Shown: positions 48,058 to 60,389 of the stretch, in pieces
How positions within the stretch are numbered: position 1 is the stretch's first letter
Layout: each line of letters begins with the position of its first letter
DNA from: Podarcis muralis
Lineage: Eukaryota
DNA length: 64,000 nucleotides
NCBI RefSeq assembly: GCF_964188315.1
Contig: NC_135667.1
Location: forward strand, 13,330,001-13,394,000
Reading direction: 5' to 3'
Program-made: the position numbers and the translations under genes
The notes under the pieces: model-generated
What the model saw: only the letters and a program-made list of their open reading frames with translations
What the model was told of the DNA's origin: nothing
Database searches by the model: none

Positions 48058-50219
48058 ATATATCCCATTTCCATATGTAATGATTACTGCAGTTCAGGTT
48101 ATATAAGAGCTAAAAACGAAGGGAAGGCATTTTGCTACTATGATTGCTTTCCATGTCCAGAAGGAAAGATTCCAAACCAAAAAGGTTAGGAATATCATAT
48201 GTAGATGTGTTCTATTTGACAGTTGCCACCTGTTTAATAAATGGGTGGATCCCATCAGCGTTTTAAGTGCTTGAACTAATTGCTCTAACATTCACATATG
48301 CAAAGGGTTAATGGAAAGAACTGTAGAACTCTGGGATGTCATATATTCTGTGGCAGTTATGGCAGTTAGTTGAACAGTCTTAACAGTTAGAGCAGCAGGT
48401 TTGTTGTGTTGTGCTGCTGTCTGCCTGAGAGTTAGTCAATCTGTAACAGTTTAATCTATGTAAAACATATTAGCAATTTAACTATCACCTACCTGCATTG
48501 AACATAATATTCTGCAACTGCAAGTATACGAAGTAAAAGTTATTCATTCTTTAAACTTTAAACAGAGAGTGTCTTGTGTACTTTTCATAAGAGGCAAAAG
48601 AGATCTAATAAAATGGGCAAACGATCCAGGGCTCTCTTCTACATACTTCACATGAGGTAACTTGGGTGGCTGAACAGAATATCAGATGAATCCAAAGAGG
48701 ATAAGAATACCAGTGGGTTGGATCAGTTGAAAAAAAAGACTCTGCAAGCCCCAGCCCCAAACGCACAAATCAATAGACACAGAGGCCTCTGACACCTTCA
48801 GCTGCTAGCAGGATGGTTTTGATTTGTTTATATTTCTGGATTTGCTTGGAACCCATGAGAAAGCAGGCCCTTGATGCTATTGAGCTCAGATTATGCTCAA
48901 TATGTAGACTTTCCTATTATTCTTACTGCAAAATTAACTTTTGATATTTCAAGTTCACTACCCTCATTCAGGAACAGAAAGCCATACTTAAATATATTAT
49001 ATCTATTTTTCATATTTGATTTCAGACATGGATGATTGTTTTCAATGCTCAGAAGATCATTATCCAAACATTGACCAGGATGGATGCCTCCCAAAATACA
49101 TAAGCTTCCTGACTTACAACGAGCCTCTGGGGATCATTTTAAGCACATTTGCAGTTTTATTTTCTTTAATCACAACTTTGGGTCTTGGAATATTTATCAA
49201 GCACCAAGACACTCCCATAGTAAAAGCTAATAATCGGAACCTCGCCTATGTTCTCCTGTCCTCTCTCCTCCTCTCCTTTCTTTGTGCTTTGCTATTCATT
49301 GGCAAACCAGATGAAGTGACATGTCTCCTACGACAAACTACTTTTGGTGTAGTCTTCTCAGTGGCAGTTTCCTGTGTATTAGCCAAAACCATAATTGTAG
49401 TTCTAGTTTTCACAGATATCAAGCCAGGGTCTAGGATGAGGAGATGGGTGGGGAAACAACTGGCAACCTTTATCATTTTTTTCCAGCATCCTTGTTCAGA
49501 CTGTTTTTATTACTGTGTGGCTGGCAACCTGCCCCCATTCCCAGATGTTGACATGCACTCAATCACTGAAGAAATTGTACTAGAAAGCAATGAAGGGTCA
49601 AATACCATGTTTTACTCTCTTTTGCATTTCATGGGTTTCCTGGCCATTGCCAGCTTAACTTTGGCTTTCCTAGCTAGGAAGTTGCCCGAAAGTTCTAGCT
49701 TTCATAGCTACCAAGCCAGGGTCCAGAATGAGGAGATGGGTGGCGTGAAATCTGGCTATCTCCATTGTTCTTTTCAGCTTCCTCATTCAAATGATGATTT
49801 GTAGTGCCTGGCTGATAGTTGTTCCCCCACTCCCTGATTTAGACAACCACTCAGTGACTAAAGAAATTGTACTGCAATGTCATGAAAGATCAGTCACCAT
49901 GTTCTACTGTGTCCTAGGCTTCATGGGAATGCTAGCCATTGTCAGTTTCACTGTGGCTTTCCTAGCTAGGAAGTTACCAGACAGTTTTAATGAAGCCAAG
50001 TTCATCACCTTCAGCATGTTGGTCTTTTGCAGTGTGTGGCTGTCCTTTGTTCCTACCTACCTGAGTACCAAGGGGAAGTACATGGCGGCTGTGGAGATCT
50101 TTTCTATTTTGGCCTCTAGTTTTGGGTTACTGGGCTGCATCCTTTCCCCCAAATGTTATATCATTTTGCTGAGGCCAGAGTTAAACAGCAGGGGACAGCT
50201 TATCATAAGAAAGAATTAA
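48058..50219 (+). pseudogene. V2R pseudogene remnant: exon 5 (48058-48184) plus chimeric exon 6 (49026-50219)
   Basis: Paralogue of 35219-37365 with the same internal junction at ~49692. Confidence 0.88.
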
Positions 50220-50935
50220 AGCTTGAACAAGTCTATTTGACAAAACTGTTCCCCAAATCCAATAGAGCTGCCCATATAGCTCTTCTCCCTGGACTTTCTC
50301 CTGACAAAGTATTCTGATATCAACAAGGAACACAGACAGCTCTGTGGGCATGAAGCATAGCAGAGCCATCCTTCCAAGTTCATTCTTCTCTGAATTTGAT
50401 GTTCTTTCCCCCTCATACTAAAGTTTAAAAAGGAACACTTCTGTACAAATATTTTTCTGTACAAATATCATCCTGACTACACCATACTACATTTTGGGAT
50501 CTCCATTGGTTTCAAGGTCTTCTATTATGAACTTCTAACTTCTAACTTCACCAATACATCACTGGTCCCTTATTATCTAATGAAAGGAAATTAAAAATCA
50601 CAGTCCTGAATATGTGACAAACACATTTCCTTCAGCAGTTCCACAGGGAATCCCTAGCACTGAATACCTACATTCCTCCTTGGTTATTAACAGAGCTATA
50701 ATTAAATCTGCTGCTCCTCAAAAAAAAATCGCTCTGGATTTTCACTGGCAACTGGCAACATAACACAAAGGATAGTGCAACATAACCAGAATTACTTAAA
50801 TAGTGTCTGGGATACTCCCAGATTGCATCCTCTCAGGAAACTCAAATGAGACATTTTTTATCTTGGAGAAGCTGATTATACTATTGCCAGAGAAATCATG
50901 GTTTCTGTGTAGAAGAAACAGTTGCCCTTGCATGG

Positions 50936-53900
50936 ATGGTGGTTTTAGTGGTCTTGCTGCTGAAACTGATTTCTTACAATGCATGTCAGGCTCACATAGG
51001 AAAATGCAGGCTTCAAAGTCCACACCGTCCACTTCAAACGTACCATCAGCCAGGAGAGTTCCTCATTGGTGGTATTGTTCTCCATGGTGGCTTCATCTCC
51101 TCTGCAGCAACATTCACTGAGGAACCCCCACCAGCGCCGCCTGAAGATCTTGTGTAAGAACTAAGCCACTCATTCATTACAGCAGAGGAACGATCAAACC
51201 TAGAGTTGTGACCTCAGCATAATGAATGCAAACTTCTACCCATTTACCACTTTTGATTTCAGTGGGACATATGCTGATGTAAAAATACGTTGGAATGTCT
51301 TCTGAATTAAGAGAATACTCTATAAGTTCCCATTTCTCAATAGGGAAATGAATATAAATGTATTGAAATGTATATATATATATATATATTCGCCCTTTTG
51401 AACAACCGATTTTGATAGACTTTATCTGAGCAGGAGTGTTAGTGAGAATGAATTAAAAAATTTTTTTACAGAAACTGATTGCTCTTATTGTTTCATTTCC
51501 TGATCTTAGGTAAAGTTTGTTTCACAATGACAGCATATACAGTGGTACCTCGGGTTAAGTACTTAATTCGTTCTGGAGTTCCGTTCTTAACCTGAAACTG
51601 TTCTTAAACTGAAGCACCACTTTAGCTAATGGGGCATCTTGCTGCCGCCGCACCGCCAGAGCATGATTTCTGTTCTCATCTTGAAGCAAAATTCTTAACC
51701 CGAGGTACTATTTCTGGGTTAGCGGAGTCTGTGACCTGAAGCGTATGTAACCTGAAGCTTATGTAACCTGAGGTACCACTGTAATATGAAGTATAGAATC
51801 GTGTGAATTACAGCCACCATCTCTGCATCATGAATAAGGAAGGGGTCGTTGCAGGAGAAAGCTCAGACATTTTGTAAATCTCAGGAAAAGACTTCAGATG
51901 TTTCAGGGAAAGACCCCAGGGGTTCCAATGTTCCTATGGGCACCAAATTAGCAACCCCTGGTATAGATACCATTGGTCTTAACAGGCCTTAACTGAGGCA
52001 AAACTAACAAAATGAATTTCAGTAGGGACAAATGTCAGGTTCTGCAATTAGGCAGGAAAAACCAGCTGTACAAATATAAGTTGGGGAACACCTGGTTTGC
52101 CAGTGCTATGTGTGAAAAGTCTGCATCAACAGAAGCATAGCACCCCAGTAAAAAAAAACACACAGAAGAGCTCTCTTCTGCGCTGCACAGAACACACCTG
52201 GTATATTGTGTTCAGTTGTGTTCAGCACAATTTCAGAAGTATACTGACAAGCTACAACATGTGCAGAAGGGATTGACACATATGATCAAGGGTCTGGAAG
52301 GCAAACCTTATGACAAAAGGTTGAGGGGTTTGGTATGTTTAACTATGAAAATAGCAGACTGAGGGGATATAGGATAGCCATTTTCAAATATCTCAAGGGT
52401 TGTCACCAGAAAGATGGAGCAAGCTTGTTTTTTCTTGTTCCAGAGGGTAGGACCTGAACCAATGGATTCCAGTTGCAAGAAAGGAGATTCTGTGTAAACA
52501 TGAGGAAGAACTTGGTGATTATAAGAACTGTTCAGCAGTGGAATGGACAGGGAGTACTATTGTTAATCATATCTGTTCCTTCTGATACTGTTTGCAAATC
52601 TCATTCTAGGGTGGTGCCTAAGCTTTACCAGCACATTGTGGCCTTGGCATTTGCAGTCAAGGAGATCAATGAAGACCCTCAAATCTTACCCAATATCACC
52701 TTGGGTTTTCACTTATATGACAGCTATATCAGTGCAAGGAGCACATATCTCGCCACACTGCTGCTTTTATCCATGGTGGAGAAATTTGTCCCAAACTATA
52801 TATGTGATGTTGAAAATAATCTGGCTGGGGTCATTGGGGGACTTGATTCTGAAATCTCCTTTTATGTGGCAACAGTTTTGGATATCTATAAGATTCCACA
52901 GGTAAGACACCCATGTACGATACCTCTCTAAGCTTGCATTGAGAATGAGGCTGAATTCACAGCACCAGTTCAGAGTGTATCACCAGTTCAGGGCGAAGAT
53001 GAAATTGGGGGCAGAACCATGCACACCACCCTCACCAGCCATTTTTGGATTTGCAGCATTTCCTGCTTGATGAGAAGGGTATCTGAATTGAGTTGCAGGG
53101 GAAGTGGGGGAATTCCTTATAGGATAAAAATTCAAAAGTATTTCCAAGTACAATAATTATTTGTCTTCACAACACCACACCCAATATGTGAATATTTAGG
53201 GGGGGGGGGCTTTCAAATTAAACACACTCTGGAGTTATGGCAAATTACAGATACAGTTCAGTTCTGCATGAGAACAGCAATAGTATTCAGCAGCTGGTTC
53301 CAAAGTGAAATAAATGTTCATAGATGAAGTCTGAGAAGTCTTGAAGGAGAAAAGGCAGAAATGGCAGTTCTGCTGTGTGTTGGGACATGTGCTTTGTGAA
53401 GACAAAAGAAGCTCCAGAGAAGAAATGTGTATCTGACCCAAGTGGCAGTTCTGAAGTGGCTGCAGTAAATAATGTCTAACGCAGTGTTAGGCAATCCTTT
53501 GTTTAGGACATTGTGTGTCCCTCCATTCAGTTTAACCCTGACAGATTGGGAATATTATTATTTTTTTAAGAAAAGAAGAATATAATAGGGAAAATGCCCC
53601 TCTCTGGTCAACAGAACAAATGTTTAACAAACAGGAATGAGAGATGGCCTCAATTTTGAGCCCATCTGCATGTGTGTCTTTTGTATAAATGAGAAAGGGC
53701 ATGCAACCCCTGGTGGATGGCAAAGGGCATGTCTGACTGACAGGATTCACCACATAATAATGTATATGAATACAGTGGTACCTCAGGTTAAGAACTTAAT
53801 TCGTTCCGGAGGTCCATTCTTAACCTGAAACTGTTCTTAACCTGAGGTACCACTTTAGCTAATCGGGCCTCCCGCTGCTGCCGCGCAATTTCCGTTCTTA

Positions 53901-56900
53901 TCCTGAAGCAAAGTTCTTAACCTGAGGTACTATTTCTGGGTTCGCAGAGTCTGTATCCTGAAGCGTCTGTAACCTAAAGCATCTGTAACCCGAGGTACCA
54001 CTGTAGTTTGAAAGAACTCTGCAAATATTACTTTGTCTCTTCTCTTCCTCCATTTAATTTTTAGCTCATTTATGGCTCTGCTCCAGTGATGAATGATAAA
54101 AGCCCAGGGCTTCCCTTCTACCAGATGGCAGCCTCAGAAGCCCTTCAGCATGAGGGAATTCTCTCTTTGCTTCTGCATTTCAGGTGGACGTGGATTGGAG
54201 TCATTGCAATGGACAATGAAAATGGAGAAAGATTTGTGCAAACCATTTCCCCAATGTTTACCAAGAGTGGTGTCTGCTTTGAATTCATAGAAAGAATCCC
54301 CAATTTTAGTTTTCTTTCTGAAGTTGCTGACATGCTACAACAGGGTGCAACAATAAGCCAGAAAATTTTTATCAGCAATGCTAAGGTAGTGGTTGCCTCT
54401 GGAGAATCTTACTCCATGGCAACTTTTATGGTGCTTTCACACATATCGAAACATGATGACAAAACCAAGTATGTAAAAAGTAAAGTATGGATAACTACAG
54501 CCCAGGTTGAGTTTGCTACATTCGTCTTTCAAAGGTACTGGGATGCAGGAATATTCAATGGTGCTATATCCTTTGAAATTCACTTCAGAAACCTACCAGG
54601 ATTTTATCAGTATGTTCTGCACAGAAACCCTTCCAGCACAGATGGGGACGGTTTTATCAGGGAATTCTGGCAACAGGCCTTTGAATGTGTATTCCCAGAA
54701 AACACTGCAGACAAGGCAGAGGGGAATATTTGCACCGGAGAAGAGAAGCTGGAGAACCTTCCTGGGTCTCTTTTTGAAATGAGCATGACAGGCCACAGTT
54801 ACAGCATCCACAGTGCTGTCTATGCCATGGCCCATGCCTTACATGCCATGTCCACAGCCAGACTCAGACACAGAAGAATGGTGTACAGAGGGAGAGGGAA
54901 GAATCTGAATCAACCATTTTGGCAGGTAAAGGCTGAACATCCACAACTGGCAAAGCCCCGCTACTTACTGACACTTTAGGGTTCCCAAAATCCTATCACT
55001 TTGCTCTTTCCTCTCAGAGTTCAAGCATTTGCACTACTGTATGTGGAACAAGAACCCAGAACTGAATTTATAATCTGCAGACAGAGTAGGAGGTACACTG
55101 ATATTATGGTATCCTAGATGATTTCCCCATATATTGTTCTGCTTGCAAATGGCTGTAGAATCTATAGGGAAGGGAAATGATGGTTGTGTCCTTCTTTGGG
55201 CAGTTACTGCCCCATGTTTGAGGAGAAAGCATTTGTTATGATGGAAGCTTTGCAACCCAATGAGATCCCATGCCATTCATAGATAGGAAGCAGTGGAATG
55301 GTTTAGGGAGATGTTCAGCATTCCCTCTATCCGATATCGACCAATTCCTTCCTTAGAGCCGGTGGTCACAAACCACTGCCGTGTCTTCTGAGATGCACAG
55401 GGAGGGAGGGACGGAGAGAGAGAGAAAGATAGAGATCTTGCTGCTTAAACATTTTTAATTTTTGGACAATCAGAGAAAGAAGGATTGTAAGGAAGATTGA
55501 GAGAGATGCATGTGTGTGAAAGAAATTTGGTTGACTCTCTCCATGCTTGGGCCTGAATCCACTGACAATTGACTAAATCACCCCCACCATTTGCTGTAGG
55601 TTCTTCCCAGAGGAAAAAAATGCTCCTCCCTGCATTAGACTGCAGTCTTTTCTAAACCCCTTTCTTTTCTTCTTTCAATCTAGCTCCATCACTTTCTGAG
55701 AAGCATCTCATTTAACAATACTGCAGGAGATGTGGTCTTCATCAACCAGAATGGAGAGGCAGAATCAAGCTTGGATATTATCAATTGCATTATATTTGCC
55801 AACCAAAGTTTGCACCGGGTGAGAGTTGGGAGGATAGATCCACAAGCTCCTCCAGACCAATCATTACTCCTTGATGAAGATGCCATCACATGGCACAGTT
55901 GGTTTAACCAGGTAGAGTTGCATTGTTTGCTAATTCAAAAGAGAGTCAGTTTTGAATAAGCAATCATTATCCACCAGCATGTTTTCTCACTCTTTTCTGA
56001 GCTGCTGTTGAGGAGTGGTGTATGACCAAAGCATCAAGGTACCAGATTAAGAGCCGAAAGCTTACTGCTAGAAGCCACACAAGGAATAAAGGCAAATATT
56101 TTATTAAGGGGGTTACAAAACAGAAGAACCATTTTACTACAAAATACAGTTAAGCAAAGCTAACAGTGGAAATATGCCTTAGGGGATCCTAGTTCAAATT
56201 AAAATACAGTGGTACCTTGGGTTACAGATGCTTCAGGTTACAGACTTTGCTAACCCAGAAATAGTACCTGAGGTTAAGAACTTAGCTTCAGTGTAAGAAC
56301 AGAAATCGTGCAGCAGCAGCGCGACAGCAGTGGGAGACCCCATTAGCTAAAGTGGTTCTTCAGGTTAAGAACAGTTTTGAGTTAAGAACGGACCTCCAGA
56401 ACGAATTAAGTTCTTAACCCGAGGTACCACTGTAACAAAAACTAGATTATCTCACCCTAATCCCAACCATTCACAGACCCGACTACAAGAGCATCCATGC
56501 AAATGTGGTTTTTGCATCACACAATTCACCATCTGAATGTGGGTCATTGGGTCAAATACCAGTTTTTCTTTGAAAGGGCGTGGATATAGAAGGGCAGGTT
56601 TTCTTCCAGTCAAATGGAGCTTCTGGGTACATTTCCCCAGCACAAGAGGGTATACATGCTCAGAGACCATGAAGCTACAACGTGGATTTGGAACACTTCT
56701 CCAGGACGTGTTCAAGAATAAATGTACCCACTGGCACCAAAATCAGTTCTAGAGCTGTGTACCAAGTGGACAAAATACTTAAAAGCAACAATTATAACAA
56801 AATAAACAGGGAGTAACTTCAAAGTGTACTTTAATGGACAGAGCAATATTTGCATAACAGATGGGGCACTGCACATCCTAGAGCAATATAGAGGGAACAT

Positions 56901-58606
56901 CACATAATTTCAAACATTAATATTAATAATAAGAAAAGAAGAAATGTCTCTTTGTATAGTCATTACATATTACTGAAATGCTGTGTCAGCTTAATAACAT
57001 AGAGAAAGGACCAAGAACATAAAGGATTCCAAACTCATTGTTCTCTTGCTTATCCTTCTGTTCTTTCATTTATGGAATAGACTCAGCCTCTTTCTGTCTG
57101 TACTGAGAAATGTCTTCCAGGATCCAGCAAGAAAGTGAAGGAGGGACAGCCGCCTTGCTGCTACGATTGCATCCCATGTGCTGAGGGGAAGATTGCAAAC
57201 CAGTATGGTAGGAAAAATAAATAGATTAAATAGATCCAGACACAGTATTTAGGATTGAGAGGTGTTGTAAGGACGGCTGACTTAATTTTCAAAAGAGGAG
57301 ATGATCTACTGTGTGTGAGATCCTGCTTCTTTGTGATCATTGCCCTTCAGATAGCCTTAATATGTTAATCTAATGAGAATGACTATGCATTGAGAGGAGT
57401 TGGATGGTATGTGGTTCAAATCAAATCTAGAAGGGGCTTTTCATTCCTTTTGACTTACACAGGCTGCACCCAGGCTAGTGTAATGATATGTTCCAAAATC
57501 ATGAGGAGGAATGGCCCTGGCTCTGCAATTTACAGACCAATATCTCTGAACCGATTAAATGCAACAATACCACATTACAGAGCATAATTACAGAGCATAA
57601 TGTGTTTTAATTTGAGCAGAGCTCTTTTCTTCTCAGACAGAAAGTCAACATTTCAGGACGCTGACGTGATATGAACTAAAGGTCATTTCCTTATATTTTT
57701 CCAGATATGAATGACTGTCATAAATGCCCAGACAAAGACTATCCAAGCAAGAACCGGGATGCATGTCTACCCAAGGATATCAGCTTCTTGTCTTATGAAG
57801 AACCTTTGGGCATCAGTTTAGCCTGTTTCTCTATTTCCCTTTCTTTGATCACAGCTCTGGTACTAGGTACATTTATAAAACACCATGACACACCTATTGT
57901 CATTGCAAACAACCGAAACCTCACCTACACTCTCCTCATCTCTCTCCTGCTCTGCTTCCTTTGTGCATTGCTCTTCATTGGCCGACCTAAGAAGGTCACG
58001 TGCCTCCTCCGACAAACAGCTTTTGGTATCATCTTCTCAACTGCTGTTTCATGCGTCCTGGCAAAAACCTTCACGGTGGTTTTGGCCTTCATGGCTACAA
58101 AACCGGAATCCAGGATGAGGAAATGGGTGGGGAAAAGACTAGGCCACTCCATTCTCATTTCCTGTTCCATAGTTCAAGCAGGCATATGTACTGTGTGGTT
58201 GGCAACCTCTCCCCCATACCCAGATGTGGACATGCACTCTGTGAGGGAAGAAATCATACTAGAATGCAATGAAGGATCTGTGACAATGTTTTCCTGTGTC
58301 CTCATCTACATGAGCTGCCTGGCAACTGTGAGTTTTGCTGTGGCTTTCCTCGCCAGGAAGTTACCAGACAGTTTCAACGAAGCCAAGTTTATCACTTTCA
58401 GCATGTTGGTCTTCTGCAGTGTTTGGCTGTCCTTTATTCCTTCCTACCTGAGCACCAAGGGAAAATATATGGTGGCTGTGGAGATCTTCTCCATCTTAGC
58501 CTCTGGTGTTGGGTTGCTGGGCTGCATCTTTTCCCCAAAATGTTACATAATCATTCTGAGGCCTGAGCTGAACAATAGGGAACAGCTAATAAGGAAGAAA
58601 AAGTAA
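50936..58606 (+). CDS. V2R gene D, complete, 875 aa (exons 50936-51153, 52610-52901, 54065-54925, 55684-55911, 57081-57207, 57705-58606)
   Basis: Canonical splice sites, conserved exon sizes, open frames. Confidence 0.93.
51540..51781. mobile_element. Tc1/mariner-type MITE, intron 1 of gene D
   Basis: TA-flanked TIRs. Confidence 0.9.
51992..52552 (+). mobile_element. Old CR1 3' fragment, intron 1 of gene D
   Basis: Paralogous copy. Confidence 0.85.
53773..54003. mobile_element. Tc1/mariner-type MITE, intron 2 of gene D
   Basis: TA-flanked TIRs; shared only with gene E. Confidence 0.9.
56207..56432. mobile_element. Tc1/mariner-type MITE, intron 4 of gene D
   Basis: TA-flanked TIRs; absent at the homologous site in B and C. 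Confidence 0.9.
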
Positions 58607-59252
58607 ATAAATACTAACCTGTCCTTTGCGGTATCTTGTGCTTTTTTCTTTGTGTGCAGTAGAATATTTGCAAACATGTGTTCAGCTGCTGCCTTACATA
58701 ATTTTTTCTAGATGTTTTTTCTAGATTTTCCTTGTGGTGATTGATGTTAGGCAATCATAGATATTGACTATTGAATTCACTATGGAAAAAAGAGTGAACA
58801 GCGGATTAACCCCTGATGCTCTGAAAAAGCAATTTTCTGAGTTGGGGAACCAGGAAGCTGTCAGCTCCCAGGAATCCTGACAAAGTTAAGAGACGTATGA
58901 GTAGAAGAAGCATCATCCTGCCTCCTTTGGGATATATTGAATAATTCCTCAATGTTCAAAAAGTCACATTGTCTCCTGATTTTGAAGTGGATGTTAGAAT
59001 GCTGAAGACAAACGTACAGAATTCAACGGACACTGTCATAATGTCTATTTTGTCTCTTCCTTTCTTAATGTGGGTGAAGGATTCAAGTTATATGGATGTT
59101 CACCACATAAATATGATGTACACTCAAGAATTCATATTATTTCCATATGACAGTATCAACCCATTCCTTCACTGCAGAGAAATAATTATGAAATAAAAGC
59201 TCCACAACTTATGTTTGGATTGTATAAAAACTACTTTAACACTTACTAACAT

Positions 59253-59515
59253 ATATATCCCATTTCCATATGTAATGATCACTGCAGTTCAGGTTATAGC
59301 TCCCGTTGCTCTGTCCCAGCTTCTGCCAACCTAGCAGTTCAAAAGCATTCCAGTGCAAGTAGATAAATAGCTACCACTGTGGCTGGAAATTTTGGATTAC
59401 TTCTAGTTTTGGATTACTGGGCTGCATTCCCCCCCCCCCCAAAAAAAAATGTTATATCATTTCGCTGAGGCCAGAGTTAAACAGCAGGGGACAGCTTATC
59501 ATAAGAAAGAATTAA
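59253..59515 (+). pseudogene. Collapsed V2R remnant: half exon 5 (59253-59297), Sauria SINE fragment (59298-59388), last ~115 bp of exon 6
   Basis: Compared with 48058-50219, about 2 kb is missing and replaced by SINE sequence. Confidence 0.8.
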
Positions 59516-60389
59516 AGCTTGAACAAGTCTATTTGACAAAACTGTTCCCCAAATCCAATAGAGCTGCCCATATAGCTCTTCTCCCTGGACTTTCCCCTGA
59601 CAAAGTATTCTGATATCAACAAGGAACACAGACAGCTCTGTGGGCATGAAGCATAGCAGAGCCATCCTTCCAAGTTCATTCTTCTCTGAATTTGATGTTC
59701 TTTCCCCCTCATACTAAAGTTTAAAAAGGAACACTTCTGTACAAATATTTTAAATTATGAATTAAAAGCTAAGGGATGCATTTCAGACTACTAAAGATAT
59801 TGTTGTAAAATTCATCATATTTTACAAGTGATTTAAAAACCATGGAAGCGTAGTTCCAAGTAACTACTATGTGTAGGGTTGCAGTCATGCCACATGGCTG
59901 GTGTGAATCCAGGTCTGCTCATCCTGACTACACCATACTACATTTTGGGATCTCCATTGGTTTCAAGGTCTTCTATTATGGACTTCTAACTTCACCAATA
60001 CATCACTGCTCCCTTATTATCTAATGAAAGGAAATTAAAAATCACAGTCCTGAATATGTGACAAACACATTTCCTTCAGCAGTTCCACAGGGAATCCCTA
60101 GCACTGAATACCTACATTCCTCCTTGGTTATTAACAAAGCTATAATTAAATCTGTTGCTCCTCAAAAAAAATCGCTCTGGATTTTCACTGGCAACTGGCA
60201 ACATAACACAAAGGATACAGCAACTTAACCAGAATTACTTAAATAGTGTCTGGGATACACCCAGATTGCATCCTCTTAGGAAACTTAACTACCATTCAAA
60301 TGAGACATTTTTTATCTTGGAGAAGCTGATTATACTATTGCCAGAGAAAATATGGTTTCTGTGTAGAAGAAACAGTTGCCCTTGCATGG

